64,000 nucleotides of DNA from Macrostomum hystrix (taxonomy: Eukaryota > Animalia > Platyhelminthes). Below the pieces are notes generated by a model. It did not search any database, was not told the DNA's origin, and saw only the letters and a program-made list of their open reading frames with translations. Shown here one piece after another: positions 34,368 through 47,412 of this stretch (position 1 is its first letter; each line of letters begins with the position of its first letter). The position numbers were made by a program, and so were the translations under genes. The stretch covers positions 4,712,001 to 4,776,000 of the forward strand of contig CATNEN010000011.1 of assembly GCA_950097015.1 (NCBI GenBank), read 5' to 3'.

Positions 34368-34525
34368 ATGCAGTTTTTCGCTGTCGCGATGCTCCTGTGT
34401 GTTAAAATCTACCGCAGCCACGGGGCAGACTGCTCAAGACGGTAGGGACTATCAGGCGGAACTGCTCAAGTACCTCAGAAACAACATCACCGACTACAGT
34501 CCGACGCTGCGACCGTGCCTCGTGA
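34368..34525 (+). pseudogene. N-terminal fragment of a second Cys-loop channel paralog
   Basis: MQFFAVAMLLCV, a frameshift, then LKSTAATGQTAQDGRDYQAELLKYLRNNITDYSPTLRP, aligning to QRDFESELHEYLANNISGYSPWLRP; truncated thereafter. Confidence 0.75.
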
Positions 34526-35593
34526 CAAAATTGTGCATGGTTATTTGTCAAATGCGCCTCCGTGGGCTTTCTACGGTAGCAAGCATCTAAATAAACAAAG
34601 TTTCATTTTATTAAGTAAAATTAGTCATATTAAATGGTATTAAATATAGTCTTTATTACAGTCGGTACATTGTATTTCAAACAGATTTTATTGTCACTGC
34701 GATAAAGTTTTGCAGGCCAGATAGCAATTATGATTGGAAAATATTGTGTTTTGTCTGCCGAGGGTTGAAGTGAGTGATACTGATAACATGGGACTTGAAT
34801 TCGATAAGATAAGCACTTTGGGCATACGAGTAAAAGGTATAACAACGTAAATACGAGTATTTTTTCTGTGAACAAGTTGTAAAAACTAAAGCTGAAAACG
34901 GGCATGTTGTGGAACTCTATATATAATCGTTGAAATTAAAATAACAAAAGCACAACTTGATCATTTAGGATAAATAAGGTGAAAAGCTAATAATTGTAAC
35001 GACAATGCTAGATATCAAAGCAAGAGTCCTGATTCTGTTAAATCAAATAGCACAGCATTACACTAAAAGAATGATTAAAAAGTGAGTCAAATTAATTATA
35101 AAAATAGATTTCTAGCTCGTTCCCACAGCTATGGGAACCCACAATAACTAAAAAGCTCAGGATTAAAGAACATAGATAGAAAATGTCATGTATAGCAATT
35201 GAAAATATTTTGGTCTGCACTCGATTCATTTGTTTTAATCTGCACCAAAATTTATCCTTTTTCTTACTGTGGTGCTTATCGGTGTGTAATTACCAAGTGG
35301 TATATTGGTATAGTCCAAATTGGTTTACTGACCAGAATTCCACGAAGATTATAACACCGGAAAATGGTGATATTTATGATTACAGAAAATACTTATTTAC
35401 CTTCCCGTGTATTCATTGTCGTTAGTTCAATTGTTTTGACCAATGTGCAAACTGTTTTCTAAAGTCCTGATAAAAACTATCATTTAATTATTCCCTCTAT
35501 CTGATGGTTATTCAATTTTGGCGCGAATTTAAACATTGAAAACGAGGTTGGTTATTGAGTAGTAAAAAGTTCCTTTAGGAACTGCGCTGTGAC

Positions 35594-38500
35594 TTAATTG
35601 GCAGCACCAGCTCCACCGAACGGGTTCTTTGGTTCAACGGTGGTCACCATGCTTGCCAAGTGACCAGAACGGCCGTGACCGTTTGCTGATGAGCCCGGCG
35701 ACAGATGTGTGGGCATCGCCGGATGGGCGACACTGCTGACCGACTGCGGGCCGCGGCTTGCGGCAGCGGCTGACTGCGGGGCTCCGCGGTGACCCGTGTA
35801 GCCGGGTATGTCACTGGGACTGAGAAAGCAGGGTTTGGAAATAATTTTACTTTACTTGATGGTATGCAGAAATGGCGGGTGCCTGTGCGATGAGCGCTAG
35901 AAATGGGGTGGGTGTGCGATGAGGGCTAGAAATGCGGTGGTTGTGCGATGAGCGCTAGAAATGGGGTGGGTGTGCGATGAGCGCTAGAAATGGGGTGGGT
36001 GTGCGATGAGCGCTAGAAATGGGGTGGGTGTGCGATGAGCGCTAGAAATGGGGTGGGTGTGCGATGAGCGCTAGAAATGGGGTGGGTGTGCGATGAGGGC
36101 TAGAAATGGGGTGGGTGTGCGATGAGCGCTAGAAATGGGGTGGGTGTGCGATGAGCGCTAGAAATGGGGTGGGTGTGCGATGAGGGCTAGAAATGGGGTG
36201 GGTGTGGGATGAGCGCTAGAAATGGGGTGGGTGTGCGATGAGCGCTAGACATGGGGTGGGTGTGCGATGTGGGCTAGAAATGGGGTGGGTGTGCGATGAG
36301 CGCTAGAAATGGGGTGGGTGTGCGATGAGCGCTAGAAATGGGGTGGGTGTGCGATGAGGGCTAGAAATGGGGTGGTTGCGCGATGAGCGCTAGAAATGGG
36401 GTGGGTGTGCGATGAGGGCTAGAAATGGGGTGGGTGTGCGATGAGGGCTAGAAATGGGGTGGGTGTGCGATGAGCGCTAGAAATGGGGTGGGTGTGCGAT
36501 GAGGGCTAGAAATGGGGTGGGTGTGCGATGAGGGCTAGAAATGGGTTGGGTGTGCGATGAGGGCTAGAAATGGGGTGGGTGTGCGATGAGCGCTAGAAAT
36601 GGGGTGGGTGTGCGATGAGGGCTAGAAATGGGGTGGGTGTGCGATGAGGGCTAGAAATGGGGTGGGTGTGCGATGAGCGCTAGAAATGGGGTGGGTGTGC
36701 GATGAGGGCTAGAAATGGGGTGGGTGTGCGATGAGCGCTAGAAATGGGGTGGGTGTGCGATGAGCGCTAGAAATGGGGTGGGTGTGCGATGAGGGCTAGA
36801 AACGGGGTGGTTGTGCGATGAGTGCTAGAAACGGGGTGGGTGCTGGGGGCTAGAAATGGGGTGGGTGTGCGATGAGGGCTAGAAATAGGGTGGGTGGATG
36901 CTGGGGGCTAGAAATTCATGGGGTGGGTGGGTATGTGTTAAGCTCTAAAAATGGGGTGGGTGGCGGCTGGGGCTAGAAATGCATTGGGTAGGTGGGTGTG
37001 AGTTGAAGTCTAGAAATGGGGTGGGTGTCAGTTGAGGTCTAGAAATGGGGCCCGTGTGTGATGAGGTCTAAGAATGCATGGGGCGGGTGTGTGATGAGTG
37101 TAAGAAGTTGTCCTTAAAAGGCGCTCACGCTCCGCTGACTCCGAACTTTGGCTGGGGGTTGCGCAACACAGTGTAGGGTCGCAGAGGTTCGTGCGGATTG
37201 TCGATCTCGTCCGGATTGTCTGACCCAACGCAGCCAGAGTAGGTTGGCAGATGATCGGCTCGTCTGGTAGGGCTGCAGCTGTTGTTGGTGATCAGTTTTT
37301 TGTGTTAATAATCCTCACAAATTAATAGGTGTAATTAGGGATAATTCTGCTTTGATTCGGTACGACACTCACAAGGTGTAGGGTCGCTGCCTATTAAAAT
37401 AGTCCGGCCTGAGCTGCCTGAAGTCCCAAGTTAGTCCACGCTCCTGCGGTGTCATGTTCATGGCAGCAATATTATAAATGGCCAAGCTTTTTAGATAAAT
37501 TTTTGGTACTCGTTGGTTTCAGTATTTAAATTTCGACTGACACAGAAACCACATGTCAGCACTGAGAAATCCCCTTCTAGAGTGTGAAATCACCTGTTAC
37601 TTCAAGAAGAGGGAGAAATGACTTGCTGAGACTGAGAAATCACCTGTTAGACGGAGAAATCACCTGTTAGATAGAGAAATCACCTGTTAGACGGAGAAAT
37701 CACCTGTTAGATAGAGAAATCACCTGTTAGACGGAGAAATCACCTGCTAGATAGAGAAATCACCTGTTAGACGGAGAAATCACCTGTTAGATAGAGAAAT
37801 CACCTGTTAGACGGAGAAATCACCTGCTAGATAGAGAAATCACATGTTAGACGGAGAAATCACCTGCGAAAAGGAGAAATCACTTGCTAGAAGGAGAAAT
37901 CACTTGCTAGAAGGAGAAATCACATGTTAAAAAGTCACGTTAGAAAGAATAATCACCATTAAAAATCACATGATATACAGAAAAACTAATTATGACCTTT
38001 TGGGATAATCAATTATCTCCTGTCACCTGACATTAATCCACCTGACAAAGGAGAAATCGAAGCATTTCTTACCTCAGAGCACCAGGTCTTTGCCGGTGGC
38101 AGGGTCTTCTTCGTGTGATTTGTCAGCGAAACTGGGTCCGCGTGTGGCTCCAGGGTGTGCGTGGGCGGATAGCGCTTGTAGCCGCCTCTGGGCATGTCCT
38201 CAGCTGGCACAGCTTCGTAGGCGCTATTGAAAATTGAGTTTGCTTAGGTGCCAATTATTTGAGAAATGTGGGCGCCGCATTCTAAAAATCTCAAACCGCT
38301 TAAATATTTCACTCACGATTGCGTCGTGGATGTGTAGATGTACTTGTAGGCCAAACGGTCCCTCTCGGACAAGTCCGGCCGAGCCTTCGGCAGGTGGCAG
38401 AGAAGTGTCAGCTTCGCCGACTCGGGCGTCTGGTCGGAGCCGCTGGTCCAGCCGCCCTGCACGGCGCGGCTGTAGCCTGGTGTCACCAGTTTCTGGTGCA

Positions 38501-39061
38501 CGGGAAGACCCAGCGGCTCAGTTTCGCTGGCTCTGTCAATCTCCGGGTAGGCGCCCGGCATGCCTTTGCGAATCGAGTGGATTGTCTGCGGAGAAAATTG
38601 CAGGTACAAGTTCGATTTTCAATTTCAATCTCGTTTACTAAAGGTCGCAAATCTTAGACTCGAATAATTACCTGGGGTCGATTGTACTGCGGACCGTCAT
38701 TGTGAGCGTAGAAAGTCATGGGCCGGCCGGGTAAGCGCCGAACAAAAGCAGCGCCAGAGCCGATGCAACCGGAAATCGGATCCACTATGCTTTCATAGCC
38801 GCGATATGGAGCTGCACATCTTTGCAATCCACTGTCCTCGAACCTTTTAAACTCGCCACTCGAAGGATTGCCAAAGCTCTTCGCATCCGCTGAGCCTCGA
38901 TTTGGCGGATACTTGTGAATGCGCTTGTATCGCTCTTGTTGAAATCTCCGTATGTCGTTTAAACCTGCATTAGCATCCGTACGATAAAAAATGTCAGTGC
39001 CAGGTCTTGTTTTAGCCATCGAATCCGAAAGGACATATTTTTCTGAGATAACTTCAGTCAT
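35594..39061 (-). CDS. SPATA48: SPATA48/SPMIP7 (C7orf72) homolog, sperm microtubule inner protein; exons 38672..39061, 38317..38585, 38073..38223, 37373..37443, 37129..37278, 35594..35819; 418 aa
   Basis: Six exons join in frame via GT-AG (phases 0,2,0,2,2). Motifs LAYKYIYTSTTQSAYEAVP, TLEPHADPVS, GLTWD, LPTYSGCV..DEIDNP, DIPGYTGH, LASMVTTVEPKNPF are collinear with recalled vertebrate SPATA48 (YTSATQRAYEEVPW, IPGYTG, LVTTVRPYNPF). Confidence 0.85.
35873..37070. repeat. 29-bp G-rich minisatellite (GCGATGAG[C/G]GCTAGAAATGGGGTGGGTGT) x~40 in SPATA48 intron 5
   Basis: Period 29 (GCGATG at 35945 and 35974). Confidence 0.95.
37633..37930. repeat. 20-bp minisatellite (GAGAAATCACCTGTTAGA[CG/TA]) x~14 in SPATA48 intron 3
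   Basis: Alternating ..ACG and ..ATA variants create a 40-bp period. Confidence 0.92.
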
Positions 39062-40463
39062 TTTGACTTAATCAAATGTTTAGAGTCCAAACTAGAACAA
39101 TATGAAGGTTCGCGACATGAGCAAAATTAATGTCACGATCGCTTCGAACTAAAAAATGCAGTAATAATTAATTCTTTGACAGATACTAACATAAAAGATA
39201 CAGAATCCTGTTTAAATCATTATTTAACATCTAAAAACTATGCACTTCTATGGACATTGTGACTTATTTAGATAATAAAAATGTATACTTTGTTTTAACG
39301 ATTACATTGCTTCCTAAGAAGCATACATTTAAATATATCGTGACGAGGGAATCACCAAAAGTGTACAGGCTACTAATTGATGCTAAATGTATTAAAAGCT
39401 GAAAAAACATGACATTTTTATGTCTTGAATCTGTGTCTCAACATTTCATAATTTAAAGATTTTTCATTGTTAATGGATTGAATTTTAGCAGCATTCAGCT
39501 GGACGAATCTAATGATGTACCTCGATCAAGACCACTATGTTGTTCTTCTGGAAAAAATAAGTTTTCAAATAAAATGTGTTGTATTTATTCCAAAATGGTC
39601 ACTAGTCTTGTAACTTCAACAAATAATATTTACTTCTGATATTAGTATTTTACTTGTAGGGCTGATATAATACCAACTATTTAATTCCTATACTAAACTA
39701 AATATCTAGACTAGACAAATACTGCTGACACATGGCCCAAATAATGGATCATACCTATGCTATTCATGTATATTATATGTATTTGCATATTATCATACAT
39801 TAAATTATCATCTGTGTGTCATCTAGCATGTGAATCACTAGTGTCTTTTGTTATCTTGTCTTAATGTATAGGCATGTATTTTGGTTGTCAAAAAATAGTA
39901 CTCTACTTATAGTATTTTTCACACAAATTTGAAGTTTGATACATTTTTAATATCAAAAAGTAGTAATCCTTCAATCTAGAAAAAACTCAGCTCTTTTGTT
40001 TTGCCAAATGAGCTTTAGGAATTAGCAATTCTTTTAGTGATACTCGTATTTTAATACCTCTACCTTAACACCTGGTGTACAGCTTACAGTCCATGGACTA
40101 TTGGGATGCTAATGAGTATCAGGTGATCATGCTGTTACTCATTAAACTGCAAGGTGAACTGAAGCAATCTAAAATTAAATTTCTTGCTGAAGAACACCAA
40201 TTTTTTCAATGGAATCAGGATTTGAAAAACCTACATAGAAGTAATGAGTCAACAAAGCAGCTACAACCCTCTATGTACCCTTTAGTGAAGTTTAGTAAGT
40301 ATTTTATATAAATATCATATGATTCTAAGTAAATTGGTTAAGGTAGGCTGAAGAAGTTTACTGACGAATATATTCTGATTTTACTATTCTGTATTTAACA
40401 TTTTTTGTGGATATTAAATAGTGAACTGTTGCAACAGTTGCCCAATCACCACCTGAATTTCAG

Positions 40464-41085
40464 GATATCTCTCTGTACTCAGTGAGGGCTATTGTGCTCC
40501 TTGACAGTGATGGCCAGCGCATAGCAGCCAAGTATTATCCAGGCTCGGGGTCTGCTAGCTCCACCCCTGCCTTGTCCACTGCCAAGGAGCAGAGAGCTTT
40601 CGAGTGTCGCCTATTGAATAAAACATCAAAGAATCCCTCGGCTGATATTCTTATGTTCGAAGGGTTCACCTGCGTCTTCCGAACCAATGTCGATTTGTTG
40701 TTCTGTGTTCTAGGAGACACATCTGAGAATGAACTTTTTCTTAATAACGTACTCTACACCTTGTACGACGCTGTGTCCATCATATTGCGCAAGAATGTCG
40801 AGAAGCGCTCTCTACTGGAGTACCTTGATGTCATCTTTATACTTGTTGACGAACTATGCGACAATGGCGTTGTCATTGAGACGGATGCAAACCAGCTGGT
40901 GGCTCGAGTTGGCACACGAGTTATTGACGAGACTTCACCTATGGAGGGCTCCGTCACTCAGGTTGGTTTTAGGGAAACTGTGATTGGTTGGCATTGGCAT
41001 TTTTCTATAAAAGTAATATAATTAAAACAAATTTTAGGTTCTACAGCAGGCTTCGCAGCAATTTAAATGGGCCTTGCTAAAGTAA
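40464..41085 (+). CDS. COPZ1: Coatomer subunit zeta; exons 40464..40961 and 41038..41085; start-codon exon lies upstream and is not resolved
   Basis: DISLYSVRAIVLLDSDGQRIAAKYY..KEQRAFE..L..KT..NVDLLFCVLG..ENEL..RKNVEKRSLLE..VDELCDNGVVIETD..Q|VLQQASQQFKWALLK*, matching zeta-COP. 76-bp GT-AG intron. Confidence 0.93.
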
Positions 41086-42009
41086 AGACTTCGATTGTCT
41101 CCAAGGAATAGTTTACATATATGAACTACACCACTGATTTGAGTGTTCTTATCTGTTGCTATCCTGTTCGTTGTTCCCTACCTTCCAAGTGATTGGTTTT
41201 TGCTAATCTACTAATTGTATTATATTTATGCTATTTTACTCTTAGATTGATTTCAATGATTTAGTTTGCCAATGCTAAAGTCGCGCAATATTGAAAAAAA
41301 GCAATAAAACTCTGCTAATCTTACTACTTTTCAGCGCAGTAGGACTTACGGGATGTTAGTGGGTGTTAGTTTGCGCATTAAATTTGTAAAGAGCAATTTT
41401 CAATCTTATTTATTTGTACATGTACGAGCTACTATGACCAGAAAATGTTAGTATGGTCCAAAATGAAAAATATAGGCTAGCAATCGTCCACAACTTAAAA
41501 GTATATTTGGAGCATAACTGGTTGATCTACTATGAAACTCTGATTGAAAAGAAAACATCGCGGTCACAATGTAATTTTACAAAGCAGTGGTCGTGTTGAA
41601 AATAGAAATGAAAGTCCACCTTTGCCAATTTTCGGCCCTACGTCGCAATTTCATCTAGTTTTCCTTGCCTTGTTACTTATTGCGTTTGAAACAAGAAAAT
41701 ATAGAAATTTCTCCTGCTTGATTTCGTCAAAGAATTCTTAGGCAACTGTCTTTTGAAGTCCTAATTTCGTTTATGTTTGTGCTTATTTGTGTTTAAGATG
41801 GGGGCCAGCGTCCTAATTTTCTTGGGAAAACGCATAGCATTGTGTTTGGCTGTTGAGATTGTAAAGAGCTGATAGCTAACTCAGGTTAGATTGGCGTAAA
41901 TCTTATGTGAGAACTTATCGTATTACCGCACGTTCAAGTAAAAAGAGAGGCACTTGCATAACTGTCTGCAAATTTCGGAGTTCCAGGCTTGCGACAGCGA
42001 CAGTGAACA

Positions 42010-45000
42010 TTGTTGTGACCGCACACACTTGATTGTGACCGTACATACACTTGATTGCGACAGTACTCACTTGATTGCAAGACTACTCACTTGATTGCGA
42101 CAGTACACACTTGATTGTGACCGTACGCACACTTGATTGTGACAGTACACACACTTGATTGTGACAGTACACACACTTGATTGTGACCGTACGCACACTT
42201 GATTGTGACAGTACACACACTTGATTGTGACAGTACACACACTTGATTGTGACAGTACGCACACTTGATTGCGACAGTACTCACTTGATTGTGACAGTAC
42301 GCACACTTGATTGTGACCGTACATACACTTGATTGCGACAGTACTCACTTGATTGCGACAGTACTCACTTGATTGTGACAGTACGCACACTTGATTGTGA
42401 CCGTACATACACTTGATTGCGACAGTACTCACTTGATTGCAAGAGTACTCACTTGATTGCGACAGTACACACTTGATTGTGACAGTACGCACACTTGATT
42501 GTGACCGTACATACACTTGATAGCGACAGTACTCACTTGATTGCGACAGTACTCACTTGATTGCGACAGAACTCACTTGATTGTGACAGTACACACACTT
42601 GATTGTGACAGTACACACACTTGATTGTGACAGTACACACACTTGATTGTGACAGTACACACACTTGATTGTGACAGTACGCACACTTGATTGCGACAGT
42701 ACTCACTTGATTGTGACAGTACGCACACTTGATTGTGACCGTACATACACTTGATTGCGACAGAACTCACTTGATTGCGACAGTACTCACTTGATTGTGA
42801 CAGTACTCACTTGATTGCGACAGAACTCACTTGATTGTGACAGTACTCACTTGATTGTGACAGTACTCACTTGATTGCGACAGAACTCACTTGATTGTGA
42901 CAGTACACACACTTGATTGTGACAGTACGCACACTTGATTGTGACAGTACACACACTTGATTGTGACAGTACGCACACTTGATTGTGACAGTACGCACAC
43001 TTGATTGTGACAGTACGCACACTTGATTGTGACAGTACGCACACTTGATTGTGACAGTACGCACACTTGATTGTGACAGTACGCACACTTGATTGTGACA
43101 GTACGCACACTTGATTGTGACAGTACGCACACTTGATTGTGACAGTACGCACACTTGATTGTGACAGTACGCACACTTGATTGTGACAGTACGCACACTT
43201 GATTGTGACAGTACGCACACTTGATTGTGACAGTACGCACACTTGATTGTGACAGTACGCACACTTGATTGTGACAGTACTCACTTGATTGCGACAGAAC
43301 TCACTTGATTGTGACAGTACACACACTTGATTGTGACAGTACACACACTTGATTGTGACAGTACGCACACTTGATTGTGACAGTACGCACACTTGATTGT
43401 GACCGTACATACACTTGATAGCGACAGTACTCACTTGATTGCGACAGTACTCACTTGATTGCGACAGAACTCACTTGATTGTGACAGTACACACACTTGA
43501 TTGTGACAGTACACACGCTTGATTGTGACAGTACACACACTTGATTGTGACAGTACGCACACTTGATTGCGACAGTACTCACTTGATTGCGACAGAACTC
43601 ACTTGATTGTGACAGTACTCACTTGATTGTGACAGTACTCACTTGATTGCGACAGAACTCACTTGATTGTGACAGTACACACACTTGATTGTGACAGTAC
43701 GCACACTTGATTGTGACAGTACGCACACATGATTGTGACAGTACGCACACTTGATTGTGACAGTACGCACACTTGATTGTGACAGTACGCACACTTGATT
43801 GTGACAGTACGCACACTTGATTGTGACAGTACTCACTTGATTGTGACAGTACGCACACTTGATTGTGACAGTACGCACACTTGATTGTGACAGTACGCAC
43901 ACTTGATTGTGACAGTACTCACTTGATTGTGACAGTACTCACTTGATTGTGACAGTACACACACTTGATTGTGACAGTACACACACTTGATTGTGACAGT
44001 ACGCACACTTGATTGTGACAGTACGCACACTTGATTGTGACAGTACGCACACTTGATTGTGACAGTACGCACACTTGATTGTGACAGTACGCACACTTGA
44101 TTGTGACAGTACGCACACTTGATTGTGACAGTACGCACACTTGATTGTGACAGTACGCACACTTGATTGTGACAGTACGCACACTTGATTGTGACAGTAC
44201 GCACACTTGATTGTGACAGTACGCACACTTGATTGTGACAGTACGCACACTTGATTGTGACAGTACGCACACTTGATTGTGACAGTACGCACACTTGATT
44301 GTGACAGTACGCACACTTGATTGTGACAGTACTCACTTGATTGCGACAGAACTCACTTGATTGTGACAGTACACACACTTGATTGTGACAGTACACACAC
44401 TTGATTGTGACAGTACGCACACTTGATTGTGACAGTACGCACACTTGATTGTGACCGTACATACACTTGATAGCGACAGTACTCACTTGATTGCGACAGT
44501 ACTCACTTGATTGCGACAGTACTCACTTGATTGCGACAGAACTCACTTGATTGTGACAGTACTCACTTGATTGTGACAGTACTCACTTGATTGCGACAGA
44601 ACTCACTTGATTGTGACAGTACACACACTTGATTGTGACAGTACGCACACTTGATTGTGACAGTACGCACACATGATTGTGACAGTACGCACACTTGATT
44701 GTGACAGTACGCACACTTGATTGTGACAGTACGCACACTTGATTGTGACAGTACGCACACTTGATTGTGACAGTACGCACACTTGATTGTGACAGTACGC
44801 ACACTTGATTGTGACAGTACGCACACTTGATTGTGACAGTACGCACACTTGATTGTGACAGTACGCACACTTGATTGTGACAGTACTCACTTGATTGCGA
44901 CAGAACTCACTTGATTGTGACAGTACACACACTTGATTGTGACAGTACACACACTTGATTGTGACAGTACGCACACTTGATTGTGACAGTACGCACACTT

Positions 45001-45455
45001 GATTGTGACAGTACGCACACTTGATTGTGACAGTACGCACACTTGATTGTGACAGTACACACACTTGATTGTGACAGTACTCACTTGATTGTGACAGTAC
45101 TCACACTTGATTGTGACAGTACACACACTTGATTGTGACAGTACGCACACTTGATTGTGACAGTACGCACACTTGATTGTGACAGTACGCACACTTGATT
45201 GTGACAGTACGCACACTTGATTGTGACAGTACGCACACTTGATTGTGACAGTACGCACACTTGATTGTGACAATACGCACACTTGATTGTGACAGTACGC
45301 ACACTTGATTGTGACAGTACGCACACTTGATTGTGACAGTACTCACTTGATTGTGACAGTACTCACACTTGATTGTGACAGTACACACACTTGATTGTGA
45401 CAGTACGCACACTTGATTGTGACAGTACGCACACTTGATTGTGACAGTACACACC
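42010..45455. repeat. 3.4-kb minisatellite, 22/20-bp units (CACTTGATTGTGACAGTACGCA / CACTTGATTGCGACAGTACT) with higher-order structure
   Basis: Direct inspection. All TVTIKCAYCHNQVCVLSQSS ORFs are repeat translations. Confidence 0.97.
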
Positions 45456-45459
45456 TAAC

Positions 45460-45575
45460 TGCTAAGTGAACTGAAGCAATACAGGGCTATGCATCTGATT
45501 AAATGACACATTGCTCTACAATCATGGAGTCGGAATCGAAACCCCGACCTCTCAAGTCATGAGTCAGACGTTTTA
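45460..45575 (-). mobile_element. SINE family A fragment
   Basis: gaactgaagcaat..ggaatcgaaaccccgacctctcaagtcatgagtcagacg..ggctaca is the complement of the family A head. Confidence 0.65.
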
Positions 45576-47133
45576 AATAACTAATAGGCTACAACAGCAA
45601 CAATATACGCCGTCAAGATAAAAAAGCAGCGTCACTGGGCGTACTTCAGAGCCTTAACGCGAAGTCGCGAACGAAGGCTGCACCGCTGGCAGAGTCCAGG
45701 CTGCCAGCGTCAGCCAGAAGCAGTCGACGAAGCGCCGAATGGCCCGCCAGCTGGAGTCGCCGGTCTGGCGATCAGGTAAGGCCTCGGACTGCCGGACCGA
45801 CCTGAAAGAATGAAGGGCAGCCCAGGCCACCGAGGTAGACGATCGAACTGCTGGCAGCGTGGAAGGTCTGCCAGACAGACATCGCTGCTACTGTTGTTAC
45901 CATTTTACCATTTTAGCTCGTACCTTTTGGAATTAAAACGTTTTCTAAGAAAGCGAAGTGATATCAAGGCATAAACTATTTTTCTTGACCTTTCGGTTCA
46001 GATATCATTCTGTTATTTATCTTTGTCAGTTAAGGTATCTGCATGGGCAGATCTGCATCTCTATTTTATTATGTCAGGACATAAGTTACATATAGAGGCG
46101 ATAGTTACCTAGATAGCATAGCGACATTGTCTATTAAATGCTATGTAGCCCACACGGCTAGGAAATTCATGGATAGATAACTTAGTTGCTTGCTTGCCGT
46201 GCTGATTTGAAATGAAACTTTTGTCCTATATTGTCCTGACCATCCAAGTGTGTCTCGCAGTACAGCATTCAGTATTTATAGCTCATTCTTCTCTCATTAA
46301 ACTGTTTTCTTAAGGCTCCATTCATTAAATTGAATTCCTGAGTACTGCGATCTGCATTTTGAGAACAATGGTTTGAGAATGAGCTTAGCATTGTCACACC
46401 CAATCTTTCCTGCTCTCCTCTCCCCCCTATTTTCTTCAAAATTCTCTTTTTCTTTTGCGCAGTGTATTTTAGGTCCAACTTTTTTATATTTTTAATTCCA
46501 CAAAAAGGTAAATGAAGTGTTCGGGTCGCGCGCATGTGTTACAGACTGCACTCCGAATCACCGAAACAGAAGAATGACCAGCCAGCTCGCTCGGTTTTTG
46601 GGCAGGAAAGAAAGAAAGAATGAGGTGAGGTGAGGAGAGCTCTTTAGACCGCCCTCCAGCAACGCGCTGAGCGCAAACGAGAATAGGTTTGTCTCGAGAA
46701 GAGACAATAGGTTTAGTGCGCCCGCAACAATAGGCCATTGTTGAAAATGCTGCAGCTATAAGCATTGTTGATATTTGAACAGGGGTTGCCGACGTTAGTT
46801 ACTCGGACTGCCAGTCAATTTCCACTGCCGAGCTGGAACTTACCGTCTGATATTAAGGTCCACTTTCTGTGAGCTGAAAGTCTAAACAATACAGCCCCAG
46901 TCTTCATGTGGAAGGACCTATATCATTCAACTTTGAAGGCTTAATTGTATAAGATATCAATTTATATTTGCAGCTCTATACATGGAATTCGGAATTCATG
47001 TACCGATTTCGGGTAAGTTTATTTAGGAACATTGTTACTTTTGTGTTGTGTAAATGTTATCACATGCTCATGAAAGTACATTTTTTAAAGAAGCAGCAGT
47101 TTAAAGAGCAGTTTAAAGAATTGATAGAGCTTA

Positions 47134-47412
47134 GGGGTTGTAGCCTTGTGTTTAGAGCGTCGGACTCACGACTTGAAGGTCGGGCGTTCGATTCCCAACT
47201 CCACCGGAACAATCTGTATCATTAAGCAAGACGCTCACCTCTGCATTGCTTCAGTTCACAAAGGTGTTAAATGCGTACCAGCGTTAGCTGGGGTACTTGA
47301 GGGTAGGCCCAGTCCATGGACTGAACAGCAGTACGCGGCCTTCAGATGCGCCGCGCAATAGCTGCGGCTGTGCTGTCGGCTGCACATCTCACTCAATTGG
47401 GGCAGGTGTTAA
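47134..47412 (+). mobile_element. SINE family A copy
   Basis: tgtagccttgtgtttagagcgtcggactcacgacttgaaggtcgggcgttcgattccca (A and B boxes); body through cagtccatggactgaacag..gcaatagctgcggctgtgctgtcggc..ggggcaggtgt as in 9520-9780. Confidence 0.85.

Noticed and set aside
35686-35735. Hammerhead-like CTGATGA-GCCC..GGGC-GACA
   Set aside because: The core reads GACA instead of GAAA, no stem I/III, and it is the antisense of the last SPATA48 coding exon.
42067-45454. Cys/His-rich ORFs (TVTIKCAYCHNQVCVLSQSS)n resembling zinc-finger or LIM repeats
   Set aside because: Translations of a 22/20-bp DNA repeat read in all frames; unit length is not a multiple of 3; no unique flanking domain.
42010-45455. 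CRISPR-like array
   Set aside because: Units are directly adjacent with no unique spacers, the context is eukaryotic and there are no cas genes. The same applies to all other arrays in the window.
45600-45900. GC-rich segment with possible exon (acceptor ~45649, donor TCAG|GTAAG ~45776)
   Set aside because: No recognisable protein in any frame and no partner exons identified.
47134-47210. Functional tRNA gene
   Set aside because: The tRNA-like head has no intact acceptor stem and continues into a dispersed SINE body.
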